Translations under genes and position numbers: made by a program
The notes under the pieces: generated by a model
Databases searched by the model: none
What the model was told of the DNA's origin: nothing
The model's input: only the letters and a program-made list of their open reading frames with translations
Part shown: positions 1-10,492 of the stretch, piece by piece
Position numbering within the stretch: position 1 is the first letter of the stretch
How the letters are laid out: every line of letters starts with the position of its first letter
NCBI GenBank assembly: GCA_001931535.1
Contig: CP016211.1
Location: 4,375,573 to 4,439,572 of the forward strand
DNA from: Minicystis rosea
Lineage (GTDB): Bacteria; Myxococcota_A; Polyangia; Polyangiales; Polyangiaceae
Length of the DNA: 64,000 nt
Direction of reading: 5' to 3'

Positions 1-116
1 CCCGTCTCGTGCGCCACCGCGGTGCCGACCATCACCGGCACCAGCGCCGCCGTGAGCGTGGCCGGACGCGCCGCGAGCACCCACGCCCGCAACGATCCCG
101 GCTGCACCGTCTTCAT
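1..116 (-). CDS. menA: 1,4-dihydroxy-2-naphthoate polyprenyltransferase (UbiA family), N-terminal fragment that runs off the window edge
   Basis: The reverse complement of 1-116 translates to [38 protein letters not shown], a typical MenA/UbiA N-terminus. ATG at 116-114 is preceded by GGAG. It lies 78 bp downstream of menD in the same orientation. It is absent from the ORF track only because no stop codon falls inside the window. Confidence 0.6.
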   Translation of the reverse strand, partial: MKTVQPGSLRAWVLAARPATLTAALVPVMVGTAVAHET

Positions 117-194
117 CGCCTCGTCCACGTCTGCTCCTTGCTCATTCACACGGCGGGAGCTCGCGTCGCCGCGCCCCGACCACCGCAGTGATCT

Positions 195-1937
195 TCATGC
201 ACCGAGCTCCTTCGCCAGCTCGGCTCGGATCCGCGCCGCGATCGCTGCACCGCCGTGCGGCGGCACCACGGCCTCGACGAGCGTCGCGCCCTTCCCCGAC
301 CACGCCCGCGCGAGCGCCTCGTCGAGCGCTACCGCCGTCTCGGCCCGCGCATACGAAACCCCGAACGCCGCCGCGGCCTGCTCGAAGCGCACCGGCACCG
401 GCGTGGCGAAGCATCGATCGAAGACGGCGGCATCCGTCGCGCGCACCACGGGGAGCTGCTCGAAGATGCGCCCGCCGCCGTTCTGTACGACGACCACGAC
501 GAGCGGCGCGCGCGCCTCCGCGAGCAGCGCGAGCCCCGTGAGATCGTGGAGCAGGCTCAGGTCCCCGAGCAGCAGCGCCACGGGATCCGCCGCGACCGAT
601 CGCGCCCCCGCGACGCCCGACACGAGCCCATCGATGCCGCTCGCGCCGCGCTGATGCAGGACGCGAAGGTCACGCGTCGACGCCGCGCAATACGCATCGA
701 GGTCACGCACCGGCGTGCTGTTGCCCACCGCGAGGAGCGCTCGCTCGGGGCACGACGACACCAGCGCTCGCGCCACCGCGCCCTCACAGAAGTCGGCCGC
801 GAGCGCTCGATCGATCACCGTGCTCGCCAGCGCATCCGCGCGCGCGAACGACGCCGCCCACGGCGGCGCGGCACCGATGCGCGCCGGCAACCGCCCAGCG
901 ACGGCTCGCGCGACCGCGCCGGGCTCCGCGACGACGAACGCCGTCGCACCGTTCTGCGGATCGTTCCACCCATGCGGCGCAATCACGATCCGCGCGGCGC
1001 CCGGGCTCTGCGCGAGGAGCTCCGCATATGCCGACGACGTCGGCGGCGTGCCCATCTCCAAGATCAAATCCGGCGCGAGCCGCCCGCGCGCCGCCGGCAC
1101 CCGCAGGATGGCATCGAACGCCGAGCACGTGACCACGCCCGCGCGCTCCCCGCCGAAGCGCACCTGGCTCGTGGCCTCAGCGAGCAGCGGAAAGCCCGTG
1201 CGGCGCGCGAGCTCGAGGATGGCGTCGCGCCCCTTCGCCTGCGCGAGCGGCGCCGGCCCGCACACGATGAGCCCGCGCTCCGCGCGCAGCGCCCGCTCCA
1301 CGATCTCGTCGATGGCCTTCGGGTCCGGCGACGTCACCGGCGCATGCACGGCCGGCGCGCCGCGCGTCGCGAGCGAGGCGACGAGCGGCTCCCACGCCTC
1401 GGGCTCCGCCGTGCGCACCGGCTCGAGCGGCTTGCGAAAGCGCGCGTTCACGTGCACCGGCCCCGGCGTCGGCCCGAGCGCGCGCGCCACCGCCTGCGCG
1501 GCCACGCGCGGCACCGCGCGGATCGCGGAAGGCGCCGCGTCGGGCAACCCGAGCTCCGCGTAGTGCCGCACGAAGTCGCCGAACATCTTGGCCTGATCGA
1601 TCGTCTGCGGCGCGGCTGCGTCGTAGAGCTCCCAAGGCCTGTCGGCGGTCACGGCCAGCATCGGCACGAAGCTCTGCGCCGCCTCGATGATCGCGGGCAG
1701 GTAATGCGCGCCCGCGGTCCCCGAGGTGCACACCAACATGCTCGGCCGCCCGGTGACGCGCGCCTGCCCGAGCGCGAAGAACCCGGCCGAGCGCTCGTCC
1801 ACCACCACATGGAGGCGCACGCCCGGCTCCTCCGCGGCCGCGATCGCGAGCGGCGTCGATCGCGATCCCGGCGAGAGCACCACCTCCGTCACACCGGCGG
1901 CGGCCGCAGCGCGGACGAAGAGCTTCGCCCAAGCCAT
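195..1937 (-). CDS. menD: 2-succinyl-5-enolpyruvyl-6-hydroxy-3-cyclohexene-1-carboxylate (SEPHCHC) synthase, TPP-dependent
   Basis: The ORF 195..2063 contains MAWAKLFVRAAAAAGVTEVVLSPGSRSTPL...GTAGAHYLPAIIEAAQSFVPMLAVTADRPWEL, a MenD/TPP-enzyme signature. The start was trimmed to ATG 1937 (MAWAKLF), which avoids overlap with menF. Confidence 0.85.
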   Translation of the reverse strand: MAWAKLFVRAAAAAGVTEVVLSPGSRSTPLAIAAAEEPGVRLHVVVDERSAGFFALGQARVTGRPSMLVCTSGTAGAHYLPAIIEAAQSFVPMLAVTADRPWELYDAAAPQTIDQAKMFGDFVRHYAELGLPDAAPSAIRAVPRVAAQAVARALGPTPGPVHVNARFRKPLEPVRTAEPEAWEPLVASLATRGAPAVHAPVTSPDPKAIDEIVERALRAERGLIVCGPAPLAQAKGRDAILELARRTGFPLLAEATSQVRFGGERAGVVTCSAFDAILRVPAARGRLAPDLILEMGTPPTSSAYAELLAQSPGAARIVIAPHGWNDPQNGATAFVVAEPGAVARAVAGRLPARIGAAPPWAASFARADALASTVIDRALAADFCEGAVARALVSSCPERALLAVGNSTPVRDLDAYCAASTRDLRVLHQRGASGIDGLVSGVAGARSVAADPVALLLGDLSLLHDLTGLALLAEARAPLVVVVVQNGGGRIFEQLPVVRATDAAVFDRCFATPVPVRFEQAAAAFGVSYARAETAVALDEALARAWSGKGATLVEAVVPPHGGAAIAARIRAELAKELGA

Positions 1938-1951
1938 GTGCAGGTTCGAGC

Positions 1952-3322
1952 TCACGGCAGGAGCCCCAGCGCCGCCAGCATCGGCGCCTGCTTGGTGCGC
2001 GTCTCCGCGTACTCGAGCGCCGCGTCCGATCCTTCGACGATCCCCGCGCCCGCATAGAGCCACGCCTCGCGCCGCGAGAGCACACCCGATCGGATGGCCA
2101 CCGAGAACGCGCCGTCACCCGCGGCATCGAACCAGCCCACCGCGCCTGCATACCATCCGCGCGGTGCCGGCTCGTGCGCCGCGATCCACCGGATGGCGGC
2201 CTCGCGCGGCGTCCCGCACACCGCCGGCGTCGGGTGGAGCGTACGCACCAGATCGAGCACGTGGAGCGGCCGCGCGAGCGTCGCGGTGATCGGCGTCCAC
2301 AGGTGGTGCACGTTGCGCAGCGTGCGCACCACCGGCACGCTCGGGACACGCAGCTCGCGCGCGAGCGGCGAGAGCGCCGACTCGATGGCGTCGACCACCA
2401 CGCGATGCTCGCGTCGATCCTTGTCGCTCTCGAGGAGCGCCGACGCCGCCCGCGCATCCGCCTCCGGCCGCCGCGGCGCCGAGCCCGCGAGCGCGTCCGC
2501 TTCGACGGCGAGCCCGCTCTTCTGCACGAGCCGCTCCGGCGACGCGCCGAGGAACACGGCGTCTCCGCGCTGAAACGCGAACCGCACGCACTCGGGATAG
2601 AGCGCGCCGAGGCGCGCCAGCACCGCCGCCGGATCGAGCGCCGCGCGCGCCACCACCTTGCAGAGCGCCATGGGCACGACCTTGGTCATCTCCCCGGCGC
2701 GGATACGCGCGAGCGCGTCGTCGATCATCGCGCCCCAGACCTCGGGGCTCGTGCGCTCGAGCAGCGCTTCCGTCGCCTCCGCATGGGGCGCACGATCTCC
2801 GCCCGCCGCGAGCGCCGCGAGCGCCCCCTCGATCGTTTGAGCTCCAACGATCTCCGCGCGCGGCGTCACCGAGCGGAGGAACGCCCGCTCACCGTCCGTC
2901 CCATAGAGCCAGCGCGGCAGCGCAAAGCTCGCGTCGCGGAACGCCGACCACGGCGCCGCGCGCATCGGCTCCGCACGAAACGCGAGCCCACCGAAGAGCC
3001 GCGGCGGCGGCGCGAACGCGGCCTCGGGATGCCGCCGCTCCGCGAGCCGCGCGAAGAGCTCGTCCGCGCCGCGGCGGATCTCCTCGAACCGCGCCTCACC
3101 ATTGCCCTCCACGCGCGCGCTCTCGCCGAACCCGACGAACGAGAACGCGCGCCCACCGCTCTCCGGCACCGGCGAGTCCCAGCGAAGCACCGGCTCCCCG
3201 AGCGCCGCACACGCCGCCGTGTCGATGGGCACGACGGGCGCCGGCACGGTGATCGCGACGAGCGGAGCCGCCGAAGCGGCGAGCTCCCCGATCGCGTGCT
3301 GCACGATGGCGTCCACGTTCAC
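1952..3322 (-). CDS. menF: isochorismate synthase (menaquinone-specific)
   Basis: C-terminal chorismate-binding signature: GTPREAAIRWIAAHEPAPRGWYAGAVGWFDAAGDGAFSVAIRSGV. Start chosen at GTG 3322, which overlaps the ubiE stop (GTGA coupling). The alternative start is GTG 3352. Confidence 0.75.
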   Translation of the reverse strand: MNVDAIVQHAIGELAASAAPLVAITVPAPVVPIDTAACAALGEPVLRWDSPVPESGGRAFSFVGFGESARVEGNGEARFEEIRRGADELFARLAERRHPEAAFAPPPRLFGGLAFRAEPMRAAPWSAFRDASFALPRWLYGTDGERAFLRSVTPRAEIVGAQTIEGALAALAAGGDRAPHAEATEALLERTSPEVWGAMIDDALARIRAGEMTKVVPMALCKVVARAALDPAAVLARLGALYPECVRFAFQRGDAVFLGASPERLVQKSGLAVEADALAGSAPRRPEADARAASALLESDKDRREHRVVVDAIESALSPLARELRVPSVPVVRTLRNVHHLWTPITATLARPLHVLDLVRTLHPTPAVCGTPREAAIRWIAAHEPAPRGWYAGAVGWFDAAGDGAFSVAIRSGVLSRREAWLYAGAGIVEGSDAALEYAETRTKQAPMLAALGLLP

Positions 3323-4044
3323 GACCTCCTCGGCGTGGCCACGTACAGGCACACTACGCCGAACGTCAGCGGCGAGACCTCGAGCACCGAGAGCCCCGCC
3401 TCCTCCATCACCTTCGCGAACACGTCGGGCGGCGGGAACGCCGCGATCGAGCGCTGCAGGTACCCGTACTCCGACTTCCCCGAGAGCGCCCCACCGAGCG
3501 CCGGCACCACTTGATGAATGTGGAACCGCGCCAGCGCCGACAGCACCCCCTGCTTCGGCTCGGACAGCTCCAGGATGGCGATGCGCCCGCCGTCTTTCGT
3601 CACGCGCGCCATCTCACGCAATGCGCGCGGCCGATCCTCCACGTTGCGGATCCCGAACGCCATGCTCACCGCATCGACGCTCGCGTCCGGCAAATCGATG
3701 GCCTGCGCGTCGCCTTGCATGAAGCGGATGCGATCCCCGATCGCTCGCCCCTTCTGCACCGCCACGTCGAGCATCCCGCGCGACGGATCGGTGGCGATCA
3801 CCGCCGCGTCCGGGTGCGTCCGCGCGATCATGATCGCCAGATCGCCGGTGCCCGTCGCCAGATCGAGCCCGGTCTTGCCAGCCGCGAGCTTCATCGCCGC
3901 GACCGTCTTCCTCCGCCACCCCTGATCGAGCCCCAGCGAGATGAGCCGGTTGAGCAGGTCGTAGCGCGGCGCGATGGCGTCGAACATCTCCCCGCTGCCT
4001 GGGCGTGCGCCCGCGGGCGCAGGATCCTTCGTGGGAGCGCTCAT
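3319..4044 (-). CDS. ubiE: demethylmenaquinone/ubiquinone C-methyltransferase (class I SAM MTase)
   Basis: MFDAIAPRYDLLNRLISLGLDQGWRRK...LDLATGTGDLAI...DAVSMAFGIRNV is a typical UbiE/MenG motif. ATG at 4044 (MSAPTKD). Confidence 0.85.
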   Translation of the reverse strand: MSAPTKDPAPAGARPGSGEMFDAIAPRYDLLNRLISLGLDQGWRRKTVAAMKLAAGKTGLDLATGTGDLAIMIARTHPDAAVIATDPSRGMLDVAVQKGRAIGDRIRFMQGDAQAIDLPDASVDAVSMAFGIRNVEDRPRALREMARVTKDGGRIAILELSEPKQGVLSALARFHIHQVVPALGGALSGKSEYGYLQRSIAAFPPPDVFAKVMEEAGLSVLEVSPLTFGVVCLYVATPRRS

Positions 4045-4046
4045 GG

Positions 4047-5120
4047 CTACTTCCTCCTCCGCGGCACGCTGAGCGCGACGCTCTCGAGCGAGGTGCGCGC
4101 GCGACCCGTGGGCACGACGGAGAGGCTCTTGATCGCCTCTCGGCACAGCTTGGTCGCGAGCTCCAAGCAATCGTCCGTCACCCCCGCCCGCGCCATCGCG
4201 CGCGCCACGTGCGCCGCGAGCTCCGGATCCACCTCGGCGTCCTCGCTCGCGCACGATCGCTCGAGGTCCGGCGCCAGCGACGGATCGCGCTCCATCGCGA
4301 GGATGAGCGGATACGTCATCTTCCCCTCGCGCAGATCCGTGAGCAGCGCCTTGCCCGTAGCCGCCGGGTCGCCCGCGAAATCGAGCAGATCATCGACGAG
4401 CTGGAACGCGACCCCGAGCTTCTGCCCGTACTCTTCGAGCGCCTGCGTGGCCTCCGTCCCCACCCCGCCCGCGCGCGCTCCCGCGAACATCGCCCAGCGG
4501 AACAGCGACGCCGTCTTGCCGTCGATGATGCGGAAGTAGTCGCTCGCGCTGCACTTCACCTTCCCGCGCCGCGCGAGCTGGAGGCTCTCGGCGATGACCA
4601 TCTCCTTGATCACCTCGAGCAGCCGGCCGAGCACGTCCGCCTGCCCCGCCGACTGCACGCGGCAGAGCGCGTCCGTGAGCAGCCAATCGCCGCCGAAGAT
4701 CGAGGCCGCGTTGCCGTAGACCACGCGCGCCGCCGGGTGCCCGCGCCGCACGTCGCCCACGTCGACCACGTCGTCGTGGAGCAGCGTGGCGTTGTGCACG
4801 AGCTCGACCGCGACCGCATACGTGCGCGCCGCCGGCGTGAACCCCTGCCCCGCGCGCGACGCCAGCGCCACGCAGATCGGGCGCAGGCGCTTGCCATCCT
4901 GATCGAGCAGGTGGCGCACCGACTTGTGGGCCGGCGTGTCGCCCGAGCCCGCGGCGGCGATGGCGCGCTCGACATCGGCGAGATCGCCGGCGAGCCACGT
5001 GCGCAGCTCGATCAGCTTGCCTGCCAGCGTGTCGAGACCGCGGCCCGCGCAGACGTCCTCGAGGTGAGCGAAGACGTCGTCGTGAGGAGGCGCGGAGGAT
5101 TCCGTGAACGTCGTGGTCAT
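4047..5120 (-). CDS. trans-polyprenyl diphosphate synthase (IspB/HepT-like, long-chain)
   Basis: Two Asp-rich motifs, LLHDDVVDVGDVRRG and FQLVDDLLDF. ATG at 5120 (MTTTFTE). Sits upstream of the men genes on the same strand. Confidence 0.8.
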   Translation of the reverse strand: MTTTFTESSAPPHDDVFAHLEDVCAGRGLDTLAGKLIELRTWLAGDLADVERAIAAAGSGDTPAHKSVRHLLDQDGKRLRPICVALASRAGQGFTPAARTYAVAVELVHNATLLHDDVVDVGDVRRGHPAARVVYGNAASIFGGDWLLTDALCRVQSAGQADVLGRLLEVIKEMVIAESLQLARRGKVKCSASDYFRIIDGKTASLFRWAMFAGARAGGVGTEATQALEEYGQKLGVAFQLVDDLLDFAGDPAATGKALLTDLREGKMTYPLILAMERDPSLAPDLERSCASEDAEVDPELAAHVARAMARAGVTDDCLELATKLCREAIKSLSVVPTGRARTSLESVALSVPRRRK

Positions 5121-5205
5121 GGTCCCGTCCCTGGTGCGCCCGGATCGCGGGCACACGTTGGCTGTGCGCGGTCAGGCCGCGCGCTCGGGCGGCGCGACGG
5201 CCGCG

Positions 5206-5772
5206 TCAGTCCGTCTTGCGCTTCCCGATCGCGCGGATGGGGAAGCGCACGAGATCACCGAAGCGGGTGAAGTCGACCCGCCGAGATTTGATGAAGCCAT
5301 CGAGCGCCGTCTGCGCGACGATGACGAAGGCCAAGAGCCGCTGGGCTCGATCGATGGCGACGCGCGTGGCCGCGGTCTGCGGCGACCGCTGGAGGAGGCC
5401 GACGGCCCGCTCGATCCGGCTCCGCACCGACTCCGCGAGCAGCCGCTCGCGTTCGTCGAAGACCTTGGAGATCATTCGCCAGAAGTCGGTCTCGGCCTCG
5501 AAGAACTCCTTCCGCTCTCCGGGCCGCCACACGCGGCGAACGACGCCCCACCGTTGCAGCTCCGTGAGCGCCATGCTCACCGCGCCCGCCGACATCGACA
5601 AACGCTCGCCGATCACCGCGGCCGGCTGCGGGTCGGCCGTGAGGAAGAGCACGGTCCACACGCGTCCGAGCCCCTTGCGGAACCCCCAGTGCTCGATGAT
5701 GTCGCCGATGGCGTCGGCCACCAGGAGCTCCGCGTCGTGCACGGGGTCGGAGAGTGTTTCGGCTGGGCTCAT
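5206..5772 (-). CDS. GbsR/MarR-type winged-helix transcriptional regulator
   Basis: GERLSMSAGAVSMALTELQRWGVVRRV HTH region; 188 aa; ATG at 5772. Confidence 0.55.
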   Translation of the reverse strand: MSPAETLSDPVHDAELLVADAIGDIIEHWGFRKGLGRVWTVLFLTADPQPAAVIGERLSMSAGAVSMALTELQRWGVVRRVWRPGERKEFFEAETDFWRMISKVFDERERLLAESVRSRIERAVGLLQRSPQTAATRVAIDRAQRLLAFVIVAQTALDGFIKSRRVDFTRFGDLVRFPIRAIGKRKTD

Positions 5773-5998
5773 TGAACTTTCAAAATCTGTTGAACGAATT
5801 GATGGGTCGAAAGCATCAGGAAGTCAAGCGCGTCAACGCACAGCGCACCGCGCCAAAGGGCGGCCGGAATCGTCTCCGCAGCAACCACCGCACGTTCGCG
5901 TGTTCATGGGGCGTCCACGCAAACGCGTCACAACCCATCGCACCACGGCATCGCGACATCGACGCTGCTCTCCGCGACGCGATCGAAGCGCGCGCAGC

Positions 5999-6056
5999 TC
6001 AGCCGACGAGGATCAATGCGCGCGGCTCTGCCGACGAGGATCAATGCGCGCGGCTC
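5999..6056. repeat. 2 x 28-bp direct repeat (GCCGACGAGGATCAATGCGCGCGGCTC)
   Basis: Read directly in the intergenic region between the GbsR gene and the S8 protease gene. Confidence 0.5.
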
Positions 6057-6211
6057 AGCCGCTGCTCATCCACCGCTGCGCGACGCGACGAAAGCTCAAA
6101 GCCCGACTGAGAAAGCCAACGTCAGGCCCGAGCGGCGCGACGGAAAGAGGGCGCGGGTGGTTCGAGGTATGGGGGACCCGACGACTCCGCCGGCGGGGGC
6201 TTTCCTGTCAC

Positions 6212-7354
6212 TCAGCCCGCTGCGCGCGCCGCGGCCACGGCTGCGCGCGGCTGCACCACGCCCCAGCCTTGACGATCGAGCGCGATCCCCGGCAGCCCAC
6301 GCGCCGTCTGCATCAAGAGGCGGCGGCACTGGTAGGGCTTGAGCCGCGGGTTGGCCTCCAGCATCTGCGCCACCACGCTGCTCACGATGGGCGCCGCGAA
6401 CGACGTGCCGTCGACGTGTTTGTAGTGATCCGAGATCACCTTCTGATCGTGCCACTTGGCCGCGACGAGCTGGCGCACCAGGTACGGCTCGCGTCCCGCG
6501 ATGGCGTCGAGATCGGCATCGATCCCCGCGTGATCGACGAGCAGCCCGGGGATGGCTTCGTCGCTCGCCTCGGAGAGCATCGCGAGCAGGCTCGCCTGCG
6601 CGGCGGTGGGCGTGCCCGGAAGGATCGGCGCCGCCACCCAGATGGCCGGCGCGATCAGCTCGGGCTTCTGCAAGCCATCGATCGTGAGGCCGTACGACGA
6701 GTGATAGTGCCAGCCCTGCTCGCCGGCGCCGCCGTCGTCGAGCCCGCCCACCGCGATCACGCTCGGCGCGCTCGCCGGCGGAAGCACGTGGTGCTGCGCA
6801 TCGTGGCCCGCGTTGCCGGCCGCGGCGACGACCACGATCCCTCGGCGTGACGCTTCGTCCGCGGCCATCGAGAGACCATCGGTGAGGAACGACTCTTCGT
6901 AGTCGCCGCCGCACGAGATGTTGACGACGCGGATGTTGTACTGCGCTTGATGCGCGATCACCCACTCGATGCCGCGGCGGATGTCGTCGTGCACGATGCG
7001 GTGCGCGGACCCGGCCTTCACGAGCACGAGGTCCGACTCCCACGCGAGCCCGCGGAAGCGACCGCCCGAGAGCGCTCCGTTCCCGCACGCGACCACGGAG
7101 GTCATCATCCCGTGCCACGCGGACGCGTCCGACTGCGCGAGCGCATCGCGCCCCGCCTCGGGCGCGTGGATGTCGTGGTACGCGCGGATGCGATCGCGCC
7201 CGGAGATCAGATCGGGATGCGCATAGAACCCCGAGTCGATGAAGGCGACGGTCACGCCGCGCCCTGCATACGCCGTGTCGGCGTGGAGGCGCTCCGCGAT
7301 GGGGAGAATGCGGCGCTGCGGAGGCGCCTTGGGGATCGTCGAAGTCCGGGGCAT
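6212..7354 (-). CDS. S8 family subtilisin-like serine peptidase
   Basis: Catalytic triad motifs VAFIDSGF (Asp), HGMMTSVV (His) and GTSFAAPIVS (Ser). ATG at 7354; the alternative start is GTG 7378. Confidence 0.8.
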   Translation of the reverse strand: MPRTSTIPKAPPQRRILPIAERLHADTAYAGRGVTVAFIDSGFYAHPDLISGRDRIRAYHDIHAPEAGRDALAQSDASAWHGMMTSVVACGNGALSGGRFRGLAWESDLVLVKAGSAHRIVHDDIRRGIEWVIAHQAQYNIRVVNISCGGDYEESFLTDGLSMAADEASRRGIVVVAAAGNAGHDAQHHVLPPASAPSVIAVGGLDDGGAGEQGWHYHSSYGLTIDGLQKPELIAPAIWVAAPILPGTPTAAQASLLAMLSEASDEAIPGLLVDHAGIDADLDAIAGREPYLVRQLVAAKWHDQKVISDHYKHVDGTSFAAPIVSSVVAQMLEANPRLKPYQCRRLLMQTARGLPGIALDRQGWGVVQPRAAVAAARAAG

Positions 7355-7566
7355 CGACGAGAGAGAACGCCGAGGCACCTGCTCCCGTCAAGCACGCCGA
7401 AGCGCGGGAGCCCTCGTGATGAGGATGGATGAGGCGATGGCGCGCATCGCGATCGCATCGAAGCGCGCGCGCGATGGAATGCGGTCGCATGGAAGCGCTC
7501 GCCCCGCCTCTCGCATCGACGTGACGTCGATCGAGGGCGGGGCGTGTTCGGCTTGGAGCGACGAGC

Positions 7567-9315
7567 TTACGCGCCGAGGCGCTGCTTGAGCGCCGCGTGC
7601 TGCTGCCAGATGCCTTCGGGCATGTGGCTCTCGAACTCCTTGAGGAAGCCTTCCTGATCGTTGGCCTCCGCGATCCATCCCTCGCGGTCCACGCTGAGCA
7701 GCTCGCTCATCGCCTGCGTGCTCAGATCGAGGCCGCTCGTGTCGATGGCGCCGTCCGTCGGGAGGACGCCGATCGGCGTCTCTTGCCCGGCGGCCGTGCC
7801 GTGAACGCGCCCATGAATCCAACGCAGGACGCGGAGGTTCTCACCGAAGCCGGGCCAGAGGAACTTGCCCTGGTCGTTGGTGCGGAACCAGTTCACGTGG
7901 AAGATCTTCGGGAAATTGGCCTTGTTTTGGCCGAGCTTCAGCCAGTGCCCGAAGTAGTCGCCCATGTTGTATCCACAGAAGGGGCGCATCGCCATCGGGT
8001 CGCGGCGCACCACGCCGACCTTGCCGGTGGCGGCGGCGGTCGTCTCCGAGGCCATCGTCGAAGCGACGTAAACGCCGTGCGACCAATCGAGCGCTTCGTA
8101 CACGAGCGGCGCGACCTTGGCGCGACGACCGCCGAAGATGAACGCCGAGATGGGCACGCCTTCGGGCGCGTCGAACTTCGGCGAGATGCTCGGGCACTGG
8201 CGCGCGGGCGCGGTGAAGCGGCTGTTCGGGTGCGCGGCCGGCTCCTTGAGCTCGGGGCTCCACGCGCGGCCCTTCCAATCGGTGAGGCCCGCGGGCGGCT
8301 GCGGATCGAGGCCCTCCCACCAAGGGCAGTTGTCGGCCGTCATCGCCACGTTGGTGAAGATCGAGTTCTTCATCAAGCTGGCGAGCGCGTTGGGGTTCGT
8401 CTTCTGGCTCGTGCCGGGCGCGACGCCGAAGAAGCCGGCCTCGGGGTTCACCGCCCAAAGGCGGCCGTCGGATCCGACGCGGAGCCACGCGATGTCGTCG
8501 CCGACCGTCCACACCTTCCACCCCTTTTGCGAGGCGGGGGGCACGAGCATGGCGAGGTTGGTCTTGCCGCACGCGCTGGGGAACGCGGCCGCGACGTATG
8601 TGACGTTGCCGCTCGGATCCTCGAGGCCGAGGATGAGCATGTGCTCGGCGAGCCAACCTTCGTCGCGCGCCATCGTGCTGGCGATGCGGAGCGCGAAGCA
8701 CTTCTTCCCGAGCAGGGCGTTGCCGCCGTAGCCGGAGCCCACGCTCCAGATGAGGCGCTCTTTGGGGAAGTGACAGATGAAGCGGCGGTTGGGATCGAGA
8801 TCGCCGAGCGAGTGCAGGCCCTTGCAGTAGTCTTCCGACGTGCCGAGCGCGTCGAGCGCGACCTTCCCCATCCGGGTCATGATCCGCATGTTCGCGGCGA
8901 CGTAGGCGCTGTCCGTGATCTCGACGCCGACCTTCGACGACGGCGATCCGACGGGCCCCATCAGATAAGGCACCACGTACATCGTGCGGCCCTTCATCGA
9001 GCCGGCGAAGAGCGGCGTGAGCTTCTCGCGCGCGTCGGAGGGCGAGAGCCAGTTGTTCGTGGGGCCCGCCTCCTCCTTCGTGTCGCTGCAAATGAAGGTG
9101 AGGTGCTCGGTGCGAGCGACGTCGGTGGGGTTGCTCCGGTGCAGATAACAGCCGGGGAACTTCTCTTGGTTGAGCTCGACGACGGTCCCGTCCGCGAGCA
9201 TCGTTTGGATGAGCGCGCGGTACTCTTCCTCCGAGCCGTCGCACCAGTGGATGCGCTCGGGCTTCGTCAGCCGCGCGACGTCGTCGACCCACGCGGAAAG
9301 ACTCTGGTTGGCCAT
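7567..9315 (-). CDS. pckG: phosphoenolpyruvate carboxykinase (GTP)
   Basis: Collinear with GTP-PEPCK across its length: [79 protein letters not shown] at 9315 ([12 protein letters not shown]); the track start at 9354 is TTG. Confidence 0.9.
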   Translation of the reverse strand: MANQSLSAWVDDVARLTKPERIHWCDGSEEEYRALIQTMLADGTVVELNQEKFPGCYLHRSNPTDVARTEHLTFICSDTKEEAGPTNNWLSPSDAREKLTPLFAGSMKGRTMYVVPYLMGPVGSPSSKVGVEITDSAYVAANMRIMTRMGKVALDALGTSEDYCKGLHSLGDLDPNRRFICHFPKERLIWSVGSGYGGNALLGKKCFALRIASTMARDEGWLAEHMLILGLEDPSGNVTYVAAAFPSACGKTNLAMLVPPASQKGWKVWTVGDDIAWLRVGSDGRLWAVNPEAGFFGVAPGTSQKTNPNALASLMKNSIFTNVAMTADNCPWWEGLDPQPPAGLTDWKGRAWSPELKEPAAHPNSRFTAPARQCPSISPKFDAPEGVPISAFIFGGRRAKVAPLVYEALDWSHGVYVASTMASETTAAATGKVGVVRRDPMAMRPFCGYNMGDYFGHWLKLGQNKANFPKIFHVNWFRTNDQGKFLWPGFGENLRVLRWIHGRVHGTAAGQETPIGVLPTDGAIDTSGLDLSTQAMSELLSVDREGWIAEANDQEGFLKEFESHMPEGIWQQHAALKQRLGA

Positions 9316-9569
9316 AGTGGGGGTCACCTTAGTGCGTGGCACGGACTGCGCCAAGGGGCTGAGATCGCGGAAGGATTAGCGAGAACGGCGCTTCGCGGCA
9401 GCGCGGAGCGTTCGGCCGGGCGGGTTCCGGGCGCTCGGGAGCCGACGCCCGGAACGGCGCCGCCGCGCATGCGCAACTCGCCCGAGAAAACGCGCTGTCT
9501 TCGTCGAAGACGAATCTTCGTGCGGAGAGCTTTTCGCGTCGGGGCGGGTTTCGGCTATCCTGGCGCGCC

Positions 9570-10445
9570 GTGCGGCGCGTCATCGAACTCCCCGACCGTG
9601 GCAAGCTCATCGTAGCCACGGACGTCCAGGGCAACGTGGCCGACTTCGATCGCGTGGCCGCAGTCTTCGAAGAAGCCGTGAGGACCGAAGGTGAAGCCAC
9701 CCTCGTCGTCACCGGCGACCTCGTGCACGGCCCCGAGCTGACCGAAGACGAGTGGCCCGACTATCTCGGCACCTTCTATCACGGCGACTCGAAGACGGTG
9801 CTCGAGCATGCTCGAACGCTCTCCGATCGCTACCCAGGACGCGTGCACTACTTGCTCGGGAACCACGAGCACGCGCACGTGGGTGGGCCGGTGGTGTCGA
9901 AGTTCTTCCCCGACGAAGCGCGTCGCCTCGAGGATCTCCTCGGCGACGATGGCACGCGCCGCATGCGCGCGTGGCTGCGCACGTGGCCGTTCGTCGCCGT
10001 CGCCCGGAACGCTCGCCTGGTGATGATGCACGCCGCGCCGCACGCGCGGATCCGCAGCGCGGAGGACCTCGATCGCCTGCCGCTCGAAGGCTTCTACGAC
10101 GTGCCCCTCGAAGACATGGCGGCCCGCGGGACGCTCGGCGCGCTGCTCTGGGCGCGCACCACGTCCACCGATCGCGGCTACGAGTTCCTGCGCGCGATCG
10201 ATCCCGAGGCCCGCGTCGCCGTGTACGGCCACGACGTGGCGCGCGGCGGCTTCGCCGTCGATCGCGAGCCGCTCCTCTGCGTGAGCACGAGCTTCGGTTG
10301 CTTCGACGGCGACAAGCTCTACCTGGAGTGGGATCTGTCGCAGCCGGCCGAGAGCGCGCGCGAAGTCGCCCGCCGCGGCCTGCGCGTCCTCCACCCCGGC
10401 ACGCCGCCCGTCCACCGCGACGTGCACTTCAGCAGCTATCTCTGA
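9570..10445 (+). CDS. metallophosphoesterase (calcineurin-like phosphoesterase)
   Basis: Motifs GDLVHGP and GNHEHAHVGG; GTG start at 9570. Confidence 0.7.
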   Translation: MRRVIELPDRGKLIVATDVQGNVADFDRVAAVFEEAVRTEGEATLVVTGDLVHGPELTEDEWPDYLGTFYHGDSKTVLEHARTLSDRYPGRVHYLLGNHEHAHVGGPVVSKFFPDEARRLEDLLGDDGTRRMRAWLRTWPFVAVARNARLVMMHAAPHARIRSAEDLDRLPLEGFYDVPLEDMAARGTLGALLWARTTSTDRGYEFLRAIDPEARVAVYGHDVARGGFAVDREPLLCVSTSFGCFDGDKLYLEWDLSQPAESAREVARRGLRVLHPGTPPVHRDVHFSSYL

Positions 10446-10492
10446 GCGAACGCCGAGCGAGCCACGTCCCGAGGACACGCGGCTCGCGTCGA

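Noticed and set aside
255-2057. 600-aa plus-strand ORF (Arg-rich) and similar long ORFs at 1177..2457(-), 2174..3514(+), 4005..5270(+), 6096..7490(-), 7597..9615(+), 20165..21844(-), 20692..22851(+), 53935..55257(-), 55765..57186(-)
   Set aside because: These are antisense or frame-shifted shadows of well-supported genes. Their Arg/Ala/Gly-rich low-complexity composition is typical of stop-codon-poor alternative frames in ~70% GC DNA.
9360-9569. Searched for a tRNA or small RNA in the pckG / phosphoesterase divergent intergenic region (and in 24048-24334 and 43926-44062)
   Set aside because: No cloverleaf-compatible segments or conserved tRNA boxes were recognised by eye. tRNAscan or Infernal would be decisive.
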